DNA of 49,211 bases from Trichoplax sp. H2 (lineage: Eukaryota): the NCBI GenBank assembly GCA_003344405.1, contig NOWV01000317.1, positions 1 through 49,211 of the forward strand, in the 5' to 3' direction. The position numbers and the translations under genes were made by a program. Shown here one piece after another: positions 23,253 through 35,647 of the stretch. The notes beneath the pieces were generated by a model. It had not been told where the DNA came from. It did not search any database and worked only from the letters and a program-made list of their open reading frames with translations. Within the stretch, counting starts at the first letter, position 1; the number at the start of each line of letters is the position of its first letter.

Positions 23253-24745
23253 GTTTAAGAAAAATTTCCAGATTTACTAAAGTTTATCGAAGAAATTATA
23301 ATAAAGAAAGGCTTAGCAAAAATCTGCAAACATTATACTTATTACAAATAAAAAGCTACATACTTGTATTGAATATGATATACTATTGTAATGTATGCGT
23401 AGGCTTCTGTTCTGATCAGATGTTTCTCTCCTCTATTTTCTGCAAATATGGAAGCGTTACAAATCGAAATTTGCAACAAGAAGTAATTTACCTATTATAG
23501 AAATTACAAGCTTTGAATGTACAGTCAGGTTTTTCCTTCCTGACATTAACCCTCAGTACAACTTTAGCTACTAAAAATTTCCTTTCTTCTTAAAAAGGAA
23601 TAGTGACACAACGCAAGCCTCTCCTAGATATGACTGAACCCAAGAATTATTGAAAAATCATTCAATTTGCTGCAGATCGACATAAACATTAACTATCGGT
23701 TTATGGATAAAATTATAAAACTATGCATATATATCTACTAAAACTAATATATAAAGCATTGTAGATAATTAATCTAAATACATTACTAAAAAAAACTATC
23801 TAAAGGAATCTGTGTAATGACTGCTACGTAAAAGTTACTCTGTAACAGACAGACAATCAATCTTCTGAAATATCACAATTATAAAGAGTACTTTTATTTC
23901 TATCTACTTTACTTCCAGTTATGTATACCTTCGCTGATCAACACGGTTATAGAACTACATCTTTAAGATTTCTTACTACGGCATGATTATACTCAAATAA
24001 AAATTGCTAATACATTTACGAAATTATTAATCTAATCTGACAGTAGATAGATGTCACTCACAGGAGTAATCCCACTGTCTACTCTCTTCTAACGTGAGTG
24101 ATCAACTAACTTGCTAGCTACTTAGTCACTTCAACTAACTATGGAGAGATACTTTAAGTAAGACTAGCAACTTCATCGCAAGTATAATAAGCGGCTTGTT
24201 GTAAGATTAGCTTTATGAGATTTTTACTTGTATTCATACCTTGAAAGTATAGTACCTTGTCGTTCACTGGCGAATAAGGCCGATTGGGCACTAGGCTTTT
24301 CTATTGCAGGAAAGAGACCTGGATTACTGAGCATAACTTTTATTTGGCTACGAAAGAACTCTCTTCTATTTCAGGCAATGAAATGCTGCTATGTAACGTA
24401 TCGTGTAAATGTAATACAAAGAGTATGCTATCTATCGCGTTGTAGAGTAGTATTTAGAATCACATTGCGTATTGTACTAGAATTATAACTTTAGAATACA
24501 TAAATATATTGAAGCAATACCGACGTACAGTAACGATATAACAAATTTAGTTTATCTGCATATTATAGATTCCTCAATAAGGCAACAAAAAATTTTACAT
24601 TGCAGATATAAATTAATGTCATTAATAATAAATCATAGAAACTTATTAATTTACTTACAACTGAACGATAAGATGAAATGAAAAAGTAAAAATAAAAAAA
24701 TTTTAATTTTTTCTAAAGTTACGAGTTAACGTCCAGCTGTATAAG

Positions 24746-24975
24746 TGTAATGTAACTTAGTATTGTGATTGTAGACTGTTAGCTATTGTTTAGTATAATG
24801 CACGGTAGCGTGACATCTATATTTATCTTAAGAGATATTTGATAGCCATAACTATAGACTGTAGTGTTATAGACTCTACGCTAGAGTATAGATGACTATA
24901 TACAGTAAGGTGTTGAGTTACTAATATGGTTATAGGTAAATATAGAACTGTAAATCATATATTAGGATATGGCTA
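24746..24975 (+). mobile_element. Family C element, 5' part (allele interrupted by family A)
   Basis: Starts TGTAATGTAACTTAG and is nearly identical to 25243-25471. Confidence 0.85.
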
Positions 24976-25220
24976 TGTTACGGTACGAACTACCGTGAAG
25001 AAATAGCTATCTAAATTTGGTTAATATAATATAGTGATATTATATTACAACTAGTTATTTACTACAGGAATTACTCTAATTATAAATGTGTTACAGTAAA
25101 TTTATTGCTGTGCTGTAATGTGCACTGAAATGATTCTGTGAATGGACATATTGTAGTCCGACTGTAAAAAACTAGTTATCTCACCTAGTATTTTTATAAG
25201 ATGACTTGTGAATGTTAGCT
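24976..25220 (+). mobile_element. Family A element, 5' part, nested in C and running into a gap
   Basis: Starts TGTTACGGTACGAACTACCGTGAAG after GGCTA. Absent at the equivalent position 25471/25472. Confidence 0.9.
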
Positions 25221-25242
25221 NNNNNNNNNNNNNNNNNNNNAG

Positions 25243-25786
25243 TGTAATTTAACTTAGTATTGTGATTGTAGACTGTTAGCTATGTTTAGTATAATGCACG
25301 GTAGCGTGACATCTATATTTATCTTAAGAGATATTTGATAGCCATAACTATAGACTGTAGTGGTATAGACTCTACGCTAGAGTATAGATGACTATATACA
25401 GTAAGGTGTTGAGTTACTGATATGGTTATAGGTAAAAATAGAACTGTAAATCTTATATTAGGATCTGGTTAATTCATTGTACTTTGGCTGGTGTGAATAA
25501 TGTCTACGTAAATACCGTAGTCGTATCCATATTGGATTAATGATGGTCCGCAGTAGAATAGTCTTACTAAGAATAATTTGACTACGTGTAAAATAAGGTA
25601 AAAGGTTGCCATGCGTATTGTAGCTGCGAATGCTACGAAAAGTATAAAAGCATGCAACTTTAGATTATTCTATTAGTTCGTTGTAGAAGCCTTTAGTAGT
25701 AGTATTCGGCTGGAGTGGAGCTGCGTGTAGTTAATCTTTGTATAAGGTTCAATAAAGCCCTTATTTTTCTAAAATTTGGAATCACA
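25243..25786 (+). mobile_element. Solo-LTR-like element, family C (544 bp, uninterrupted allele)
   Basis: TGTAAT...ATCACA termini. TATAAAAG at 25643-25650, AATAAA at 25751-25756. A second copy lies at 1-531. No clear TSD seen. Confidence 0.78.
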
Positions 25787-27733
25787 TGATCGGTATATAT
25801 CACAATAATCGAGACAGCATGCTAATTTTATTAAATATTAATGAATATAATAACGTATGTACACTATTAAGCCTCTTAGCTAGCGGTTACTGCGTCAGTT
25901 AAAGATAGCGATGTCAAAATTAAGTTACTTGCAATTAATGGATGATTTTACAAAGGACATTATTAGCAACGTTTTCTGGTATGGAGTTAAAATTAAGAAG
26001 CATTTTATCGAAAAAGATCTCATATTACACAACGTTCATAAGTTGTAAGGTAAGCGTATTAATTACATTGGTTAACTGTACAGTTAAAATGTCTGTTAAG
26101 GATAACGGAGTTAAATAAAATTACATAAGGTCAATGGAATGTATGTAGATAAGTAAAAATTAAGTAATATTTTATTGATTAAAGATCTTACAATAAACAA
26201 TATTTATAACTTGTTGTGATATTGAAAAGATCATCCAAGATATTTTGTGCCCCCATTGCTCATATTGTACTCTCGTACCCTACTGATTTTTACTTCATGT
26301 GCTCACATATTAGAGTACTGCGCACCATATAGTATACACTCACCTGTAACTTACAGGATTGAGATAAACGTAAGCTTAAATAATTTCAATCCAATTTTAT
26401 CTAGTATTGCTTTCGTATAATCTTGGCAGGCAGACAATAAATTCTTAGCATTAGTTAATAATACGATTGCTATAGAAATAAAATTCTATATAAAATGATA
26501 ATGTAGCAACTTACGTGTGCAATAATAATAGCGATATAGAGAATGGGTTCTTTTTCGAAAGCGGATAATTTACAGCATTAAATTAATTTTATGCTGTACA
26601 GTATTCGAACTGCCCTCATAATTTCAAAGCAGATACTTAAAAGCATTCGATCAATTTTACGCTGAATAGGATTGAACATTGCAAAGTATTTAATTCACCG
26701 TCGTCCTATCAAGCCTATACTACGGTAAAGTACATACATTGCACAGGGGTAAATTACCCACGTATACAGTACAATCAGTGTACAGTATAGTAGATTATCA
26801 TTTCATCGTAAGATCAAACGCAGACATCACCCATTTTGAACATACTTGCATAATATATATCCATTTATAGTACAGTGTGTTCATTTTGTTTTCAGAATCT
26901 TGCTCATAAATTAAACAGATTATATTAAGTTATAGTTATGTTAAATATTATATGTATTCGTACACACTGGTATGCAACTTATAGGTTTTTCTATTATTTA
27001 AAGCACTTCAAAGAGAATTTTGGCAATCTGAAAAAAAAATAAATATACCTTACAGCTGGAAGGAGAAGGCGTTCAAGCGTCGCGCAAAATCAGATCGTAT
27101 ATATTGTATTGCATGATTTTGATTGGTCGAGTAGAGATTGCCGTCAATTTGCTTGGTGTAACACAGCACCATATACATAAATAAATTTGCAATATACTTG
27201 TTTTATATAATATAGATTAGCCTATGCTTTCATGCTATGATTATCTGAAAAATTTAGTAATAGCCATCCAAATCTGTAGTAAGTCAAATTCATTTAAGAA
27301 AGTGCCATCAATTAATAATACTTTAGTAAATAGAAAATGATTTGACGTTGTATGCTTTCAGTACATAAGATATTATATTATGAAATGTTCTAATAATAAT
27401 AATGCATGATTATAAGCAAATTTCAAGTCACGAAGCCCCATTATAAATTGTAAGCATAGTTTCAGGCTAAAGATTGTGTGCAGCCATATCAAACTTCAAA
27501 ATGTTCTAACATATTCTATGGTTTAAAAATTATCTCATTATAATTATTGGTGTTTCATATTTAAGATCATATTGCTTTATCAAAGGTTTATTATTCATAT
27601 TTTTATTCTTTAAAGATTTACAGATCAGGCAACAAATAAAAACTTTGGAGTTTAAGCAACACATATATATTTGATCTTAAAGAAATATATATGTTATATA
27701 TATACAAGGATATTGTTATCAATCCAACTATAG

Positions 27734-28768
27734 TTAGGATGATGCAGCTCTTAAACGACCTAAGGCAATTGTGATATATCTGTATACCTTTTCTCTAAAC
27801 TTTCTACTAACAAAGTTATATAATAAAGGATTTACAATAACTTGAGCTAACGTTACAAGTGAAATTATTCTGAAGAAAGATGCTTTAAAACTTGTTGAAA
27901 ACTCGTTAGAGATAAAATCAGTTCTGTTATTCAAAGATGTGGCATACTCGATTGTTAGTATATTTGTAAAAATAAATAATAGACATTTCGGAATAAACGA
28001 AGTAATAGTGATAATTAGCAGTATAGTAACAGTTTGCATTTCTTTCCTTCTCTTTATTATGTAGGTAGTATGCATATCTGGTAGGTCACTTTGGATTATA
28101 CTTCGTATGAACTTATATGCAATAGTAACGTAACAGCAAATTGTAACAAAAACAGGAACCCCATATCCAATAGCGTAAGAAAGTAGCACCCAAATTTTAC
28201 TACCAGCGTAATTTAAGCCTTTTAAGAAGCAGACGTACGGATAAAAATAAGGTTCATATTGGCTTAATGCAATGGTATAAGCCGATGATACGAAAGAAAT
28301 AAACCAACTAATTACAATCGCGATATTATAATGTTGATGGTAATTTCTTGAGTTTAATGGATAGCAGATAGCACGATAACGCTCAATAGCTAGTGTAGCT
28401 AAGATATAAGTTGAACAAAATGACGCTATCGCAACACCATATAAACTAATTTTGCAAATCACATCCATTACGCCTAATCCAGAAGATATACTTCGATTCA
28501 GTCCAGATTTTAGAGCTCCAAAAATAGTTAGAAGAATAACCAAGAGAGAGACTAACAAATCTATAACAGACAGATTTACTAGTAAAATATTAATAATGCC
28601 TCCATTCTCCCGGTATTTCAACAAAATCAAAGTTACAAAAACATTCAATGCAATTCCAAGACTACAGATAACAAATATTTCAACTTCATTTGCTAGATTA
28701 CCATTAAATTCATAATTCGAGTTCGTTGTATTATTAGACGATATATCAGCCATTTTTTGTGATCGCAT
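27734..28768 (-). CDS. Intronless class A GPCR, 344 aa (true start may be the second ATG at 28753)
   Basis: LSVID, CKI...AIERYRAICYP, TM4 W, P...CY, NPLLY. Close paralog of 31813-32832, which starts MADI. Confidence 0.95.
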   Translation of the reverse strand: MRSQKMADISSNNTTNSNYEFNGNLANEVEIFVICSLGIALNVFVTLILLKYRENGGIINILLVNLSVIDLLVSLLVILLTIFGALKSGLNRSISSGLGVMDVICKISLYGVAIASFCSTYILATLAIERYRAICYPLNSRNYHQHYNIAIVISWFISFVSSAYTIALSQYEPYFYPYVCFLKGLNYAGSKIWVLLSYAIGYGVPVFVTICCYVTIAYKFIRSIIQSDLPDMHTTYIIKRRKEMQTVTILLIITITSFIPKCLLFIFTNILTIEYATSLNNRTDFISNEFSTSFKASFFRIISLVTLAQVIVNPLLYNFVSRKFREKVYRYITIALGRLRAASS

Positions 28769-30126
28769 AAATAAAATTGATTCTCTAACCTTATCAATTC
28801 TACAATTTGAGGTATTACATGGAATTTTCCTATATCTATTATACGGAGATTAAATTTTTTGCTTTCTACAATTTTTCGAGAAAATTTAAGCCACCTTAGC
28901 GCACATTTGTACTAGACTGCAACTTAGCACTAGTATTCAATTTATAAAATCTTAAATAACTAAAACTTTAGAAAATGTATAAATCTAAAGTTCCTATGAC
29001 GTCAGCAAGGTACAGTTAGCTGGAGATATTGTTCACTGATTATGTTTCATTCGTATTAAAGATTCTAATTAGCAGTTAATGATTAAAGCATCATTTTCGA
29101 ATAGCACTCATCAAGAGAAACAATACTGTCTCAAATAATAAAAGTAGAATTGCTATAAACTTAGGCCCTAGGGGATAAGCACAGAAAGTTGTAAGCCCTA
29201 TATTTTAAATAAAGTAAAACCTATTTTGTATATAGATTATGGCATTGACTAAAGATCTGAAAATTAAAGAACATCAAAGTTGAGTTCGTCACAGAAGCTA
29301 ATCTCCATTGTAATTAGTATTTTCTATCATTAAGTACTTTAGTGATTTTCAAAAGCTGTATTATATTTGGCGAATGAAAATACATATCAATAATAAGTAA
29401 AGGTTTATTAGCTGAGACATAGGTGAATAGTAGATTTTTGATTCAAAGGAATTACTTCTGCCTTATATGCAACAAACACCAAAATAATTATAAAATAGAC
29501 GTATGATATGAAAGCGATTAAATTTATTTGAACATATGGCAAATACAGTAATGAATAGAAAGATACCATAAGGATGTTAATGTTATATTATCTATTTATC
29601 AAAGAACACAAGATAAGAGTAAATAAATCGTTAGATTTCAATATCGATCACTTACTCAAAAAACAAACATAGAAGGAAATTACAAAACTTTTAACTGGTA
29701 GGAGTTTATCAATTAATAAATACGCTTAAATATGAGCATTAATTTTTCCATCCGTTAATTAGCTTACTTCAAATTACTTTAGATCATCCAATGATATACG
29801 AATAACTTATTGAAAATTATTATGTGACTTTTCTTCGTGCCATGATTATAAATATTGGCTAATGTACTGCCAGTGATGATTTCGACGAATCGTTATATTA
29901 TATAAATGTAGACTCATACTATAGTAAATGAAAGATCAATATTAAATATTGCCGTATAGAATACTGAACGTAAGAATATTTAACATCTATCACTATTATA
30001 ACTGTACGACATAAATAAATATTTCGTTTTAATTCAGTATACGTACAGACTGAAAACAGAGGGCAAATACTAAAATGATGGCACTGATTACGTAAGGAGC
30101 ATTTACTTTCCTAAGCAGGACAGGAC

Positions 30127-30568
30127 TGTCACGGTACGAACTATCGTGAAGAAATAGCTATCTAAATTTGGTTAATATAATATAGTGATAATATATTACA
30201 TCTAGTTCCTTACAATAGGAATTACTGTAATTATAAATGTGTTACATTAAATTTAATGCTGTGCTGTAATGTGCACTGAAATTATTCTGTGAATGGACAT
30301 ATTGTAGTCCGACTGTGAAAAATAAGTTAGTAGGTGTTCTCACTTAAGTATTTTTATAAGATGACTCATGATTGTTAGCTGCTGTAGAAGGGTATATAAG
30401 CCCGTCAGATAGTTGAATAAAGCAGTTCTCAATTGTCTAGTGGAGTTTAACGTAGAATCAAAGGCGTCTAAATTTTTGTGAGGTAGATAAAGGATATTGA
30501 ATCCCGGAAACTATAGTAATTTAGAGATTTGTTTTACGTTATCCTTGTCACGAAGCTGGTTTGTAACA
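30127..30568 (+). mobile_element. Solo-LTR-like element, family A (442 bp)
   Basis: TGTCAC...GTAACA termini with perfect TSD AGGAC (30122-30126/30569-30573). ATGACTCAT at 30361-30369, TATATAAG at 30393-30400, AATAAA at 30416-30421. Confidence 0.93.
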
Positions 30569-31812
30569 AGGACTGCTTTTTAAAAAGAGTTAAATCGATC
30601 ATAGAATTAATAAGTACGACGATATTTTCAAAATTTGATTAATATGAGAAGTTGGGGATATTTTACTTGCTTACTTTATTCTTCAAAATGAGTTTTATTA
30701 GCTTCTTTATTTCTTATAGTCGCCAAAACATCTTTTACATTTATGGTTTCATCATTTTAAAGTAATTTTGTTAAATTTGACCAACAATAGCATCCCTTAA
30801 TAACTGATCAGATAGAAAAATATCCGTTCCAATAAATGGGAACATATTCTACACAAAACAATGCAATAAAAAAATCGCAGTCATTACAGAACATAGTAAC
30901 AGGCTTAAGATCAGTAAAAAAATCAATTATAGTTTTATAGGTAAGCTAATGCAGTACTTACGAAATAAGTCTTTCACAACAAAAATTCTAAGATTGCCCA
31001 ACTGGAACTTCCAATTATCCGCAGGTTTTATCAGATTTCCGAAGATTAAAAGCTGAGTGCTTTTCCGAGAATCAATCTTGGATTCGGTACTATCAACAAG
31101 AGTAGATATAATATAATTAATTTGAGCGTTGGCAGACGTATATTGAGGCAAAAGCTAACGTTGAATGCGTTGTTCAAATTTACACAATGCAGAATAGTCA
31201 TCTCCAGTATTTCAGTTCGTTCCTCCGCTTCCACTATATAATATCTGGTAGAGCATAGCAGACAAACGAAGTATTGGAGAATAGAGCTTTGTTAAAGCAA
31301 CGCAGGAAATAATTAGATGGATAGAAGACCAGATAAGAGGAGAAAATAGAGATCATTTCAAGCATACAAATATTAGTCACATACTTAACATAATAAATAT
31401 ATTTTTATGGCTAGACACAATATTCAACCTGCAATATTCGTAAATATAACATAGTAACGGTACGGCCTATTTCTTAATGTTCATAATGTTAGCATGCAAG
31501 GCTATATTAAATATGGTATCAACATCTGCATTTATGATTATGTGACACTGTCTTTTCATTGGTAAATTATAAATTGTAAAACTTCGTTATAAAATAGCAA
31601 GCATAGCGCCAGGCTTACGGTTGCTCACAGCCATATTTAACTGTAAAATTGCTCTTGCAAATTCTGTTCATTAACTAATAAAATATAGCCATAGGTCTTA
31701 GTCTTGAAATCAGCTTACTTTATTAAAGGCTTATAATTTATATTTTATTATATAAAAGATTTATTAGTGATAAATAATAATTTTCTAATATGACATCGTA
31801 ATCCAGTTACAG

Positions 31813-32832
31813 CTAGGAAGATGCTTTATTGAAACGACTCAAAGCAACCGCAATATATCTAGATACGTTTCCTCTAAACTTTCTACAGACAAAATTATAT
31901 AATAAAGGATTTACAATAACTTGAGCAAGCATTATTAGTGAAATAAATCGAAAGAAAAGTAAATCAAAAGTTGATGAAGGCTCAATAACGATAAAATTAG
32001 TCGTATTATTCACAGAAGTGGCATGTCTGATCGACGAAATATTTGTAAAAATATAAAGTATACATTTTGGAATAAACGAAATAATAGTGATAATTAACAG
32101 TATAGTAACAGCTTGCATTTTTTTCCTTCTCTTTATTGTGTAAGTAGTCTGTAAATCGGGTAATTCACCTGGAATTTTACTTCGTACGAACTTATACACG
32201 ACAGCAATGTAACAGCATACAGTAACAAAAACAGGAATTCCATATCCAAAAGAAGAAGAAAGTAGTACCCAAATTTTACTTCCAGTATAATTTAAGCCCT
32301 TTAAGAAGCAGACGTATGGGTGAAAATGAGGTTCATATTGGCTAAAAGCAATTGTGTAGGCCGATAATGCGGAAGAAATTAACCAAATAAATACAATCGC
32401 GATACTATAACGTCGACGGTAGTTTCCTGAGTTTAGTGGATAGCAGATAGCGCGATAACGTTCAATAGCCAGTGTAGCTAAAACGTAAGTCGAGCAAAAT
32501 GAAGTTGCTGTTGTAGTATATAAACATATTTTGCACATTACATCCCTTACGTCTAATCTAGAGGATGTATTTCGATTAAATTCTAATTTCAGCGCTGCAA
32601 TAGCCGTTACAGTAATAACTGAAAGACATGTCAACAAATCTATTACAGACAGATTTACTAGTAGAATATTAACAATCCCTCCATTCTCTCGATATTTCAA
32701 CAAAATCGAAATTACAAATACATTCAATACAATTCCAACACTACAGATAACAAATGCTTCTGTCTCATTTAATATAATGCTATTTGGTTTATGATTCGTG
32801 CTAGATACATTGCTAGATAATATATCGGCCAT
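31813..32832 (-). CDS. Intronless class A GPCR, 339 aa
   Basis: LSVID, CKI...AIERYRAICYP, NPLLY. Tandem duplicate of 27734-28768, with flanks that also align. Confidence 0.95.
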   Translation of the reverse strand: MADILSSNVSSTNHKPNSIILNETEAFVICSVGIVLNVFVISILLKYRENGGIVNILLVNLSVIDLLTCLSVITVTAIAALKLEFNRNTSSRLDVRDVMCKICLYTTTATSFCSTYVLATLAIERYRAICYPLNSGNYRRRYSIAIVFIWLISSALSAYTIAFSQYEPHFHPYVCFLKGLNYTGSKIWVLLSSSFGYGIPVFVTVCCYIAVVYKFVRSKIPGELPDLQTTYTIKRRKKMQAVTILLIITIISFIPKCILYIFTNISSIRHATSVNNTTNFIVIEPSSTFDLLFFRFISLIMLAQVIVNPLLYNFVCRKFRGNVSRYIAVALSRFNKASS

Positions 32833-34654
32833 TTTAATGATCTTAGCAATAAAATTGACTCTCTACTTCTATCAATTCAATAACACTGTAATATACAGAA
32901 TTTGCTGTATTAGATATTCGAAGATTATATTTTGTTTTCTAGAAATTTTCGAGAAAAATTTAAGCCAGCTATATCCACGCTTGGAGTAGACTGCAACTAA
33001 ATAATGATATTTACTTTATAAAATTTTAAGTAATAAAAACCTAAGAAAATGTATGCATCTAAAGTACCTGTGACAACTGCAAGATTCAGGCAGCTTAAGA
33101 TATAGCCGTTGAATGGTTATGTTTCATGCATGTCAGAAATTCCAATTAGCTGTTAATAATGCATAATTTATTGTTAGCCTAGCATCCATTGAAAGTTACA
33201 ATACATTTTTAAATAATAATAGACATATTCAAGGAACAAAACTTAATTTGTCTTTGGATTATCGCATCAATTGGATATGAAAATTTAAATAAAGTAAAAA
33301 TAGAATTCATCAGAGCTAACTTGACTCCATTGAAATCGTTTTTTCTATAATTGAGTAATTGCTTTAATGAAAAGCAACACAATTTTCTTTCACAAATGCA
33401 GTAAGCATTTATATTTTTTCAAGCTTCATAGGATGACCTAAAGTGATAAGAAAGGATTATATTATAAGATATATAAGCTGATTCTCGCATTCAAGAAGAT
33501 TTATTAATTGATATATTCCTACCACGAGATAGCTATTTAATTGCTTTGTATTTTGCTCATTAGTGATAAATGCTGAAAATTTAATGATTTATTTACTATT
33601 ATCTAGGGCATTTTTGTATGATAGATGAAATTAGCTTCCTTATTGTATCTTTATTCATTGGAGCATTTGTTCGATATTCAATTGAATTCAATATTTTTCA
33701 TATGATATTGCGATTTCGATCTCAATTTTATTGATTTTGCTAATATAAAGTAGGCTCAATTCTTCCAAATCAAAAATCTACTACTCGCCAATGCCTCTGC
33801 AATAGAGCTTTTAATTTCCTTAACTCTATCCGCGTATTTTTCTTTAGCGAATAAAATATAGCATTCGAATATTATTCAGTCCTAATTATAAATATGGTAG
33901 AATATACGCTTACTACCTCTTCAGTTTACGTAACTATATAGTAAGATTTATTAATTCCAAAAAAAGCAAAGCTACTTGGTTTAAGTAATCTGAAATCCAT
34001 AATTTATTTTGATGTTCCTAAGATCAAATTTTTAGAATTGAAAAAACAAGTCTCATCTAGTAATGAAATAATGATCATATCATTTAGTCCAAGCTTTGGT
34101 TATCTACTGATAGATTCCTTGCTTAAGCGGCCCCTCTAATTGCAGAAGCAGTATTTTCTAGCTGATTGATTACAATCTATCAGGTGGAAAAGCTTTCTCC
34201 ACGCCGTGCAAATCACTAATTTCATTTTATAAGTATAGTAAATTAGTATTAATAGACCATTAACTTTTTTATAAATACCTATAATATCGTATAAACCCAT
34301 TTAACTGTATTTATTAACAAATAATTAGTGTACAAATCATTTCTTTGCAATCAACTTCATTAAAATAAGTAACCGGAATAATTTCCTCCTAAAAATTAGC
34401 ATGGGGTACATTACATGAAAGGACCCATTACGCAGGTAGAAAGCAGCTAAATTTATTTTAAAATCTTAAATTAATTCATCTGGGAATGAAATATCGAGGA
34501 TAATAATGAATTATCAATAAGATATAAGTCTGGATAGTAAAACAATCACAGGTTTCATGAAAATCCGCCATTACAGAATATAACACGCAAGTGAAGGAAG
34601 TAACTACGCCAAGATTAAACAATCATTCTTTCTATTTAATATCATATATACAAT

Positions 34655-35647
34655 TTAATGCTTCAGATAAGAACAGAGTAGCTTTCTAACTGAAGATCTA
34701 AATTTACTACTCACGAAATTATATAATATCGGATCGAGGCCACTTTGTAAAATGGTAATAAAAATGGATATCTGCAGAAATGTGATATCGTGATACTTAA
34801 AATCAGTATAAAAACTTGTTAAAATACTTACATCATCAGAAATCTTAATCAATGTTATAATCAAATATAAGTGATAGGCGCAATTCGAAAAAGCGGACAA
34901 AACGGTAATAATCAATAAAGATGCGACTGAGATAATTTCTTTTCTTCTTTTGGCGGTATAACTGGATTGTTTAGTAACTGAATCGCCAGGTAACTTTCTG
35001 CGGCACAATTTTAGGACAATCATGACATAGCAAAAAATAGTAATTACATTCGGCAAAAGGTAGCAGGTTACACCAGATGCTATCAGCCAGACGTTGTTGC
35101 CAATATAGTTACTGCCGCTCATATAGCATAAATAAGGGTGGAAAGGAATACTCTGGTATGAAATTACCATATAAGATGAAACAGCAAAAGAGAATAACCA
35201 AATCCCAATTATAGCAATAAAGTAATGACGATACTCTCGTCTTATATTCATCGGAAAACAAATTACACGATAACGTTCAATAGCCAAAATAGTTAAGGTT
35301 AACGTGGCAGAATATGAGGTTGATACAGCTAAGAAGCTATTAAGTTTACAAATTATGTTCATGGCGGCCCATTTAGAATAAATAAATATTGTAGTGATAG
35401 AACCGATAATCGATAAACTACTACCTATGATCACTGAAATTGAACTGAATAGATCTGACATGGCTAAGCTCATAATTAAAAGGTTTAATACATTGCCAGA
35501 TATTTGAAGTCTTAGCAAAATGGCAATAACAAAAATATTAAATGTTATAGCAACACAGGCAAAAGTAAGCGATGCCACTACTGACGGTGGGAGAACATTT
35601 AAGATGGACGAGAAGTTCATTGCATCTAGGCTAGTGTTGGTTTGCAT
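34655..35647 (-). CDS. Intronless class A GPCR, 330 aa from the first ATG
   Basis: The ORF track start at 35653 is TTG; the ATG is at 35647. Motifs: LAMSD, CKL...AIERYRVICFP, TM4 W, P...CY, DPILY. Confidence 0.95.
   Translation of the reverse strand: MQTNTSLDAMNFSSILNVLPPSVVASLTFACVAITFNIFVIAILLRLQISGNVLNLLIMSLAMSDLFSSISVIIGSSLSIIGSITTIFIYSKWAAMNIICKLNSFLAVSTSYSATLTLTILAIERYRVICFPMNIRREYRHYFIAIIGIWLFSFAVSSYMVISYQSIPFHPYLCYMSGSNYIGNNVWLIASGVTCYLLPNVITIFCYVMIVLKLCRRKLPGDSVTKQSSYTAKRRKEIISVASLLIITVLSAFSNCAYHLYLIITLIKISDDVSILTSFYTDFKYHDITFLQISIFITILQSGLDPILYNFVSSKFRSSVRKLLCSYLKH

Noticed and set aside
24228..24488. 86-aa ORF
   Set aside because: It has a TTG start and no recognisable family, and lies in probable repeat-like DNA.
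26343..26357. 15-bp palindrome CCTGTAACTTACAGG
   Set aside because: It is isolated, and such a match is plausible by chance in 49 kb.
28452..28715. 87-aa antisense ORF (also 32531-32794 and 32798-32989)
   Set aside because: These are shadow frames of the GPCR genes with non-ATG starts.
30927..31340. Overlapping minus-strand ORFs ending near a GTAAGT donor-like site
   Set aside because: This could be a decayed exon, but it has stops in all frames and I recognise no protein family.
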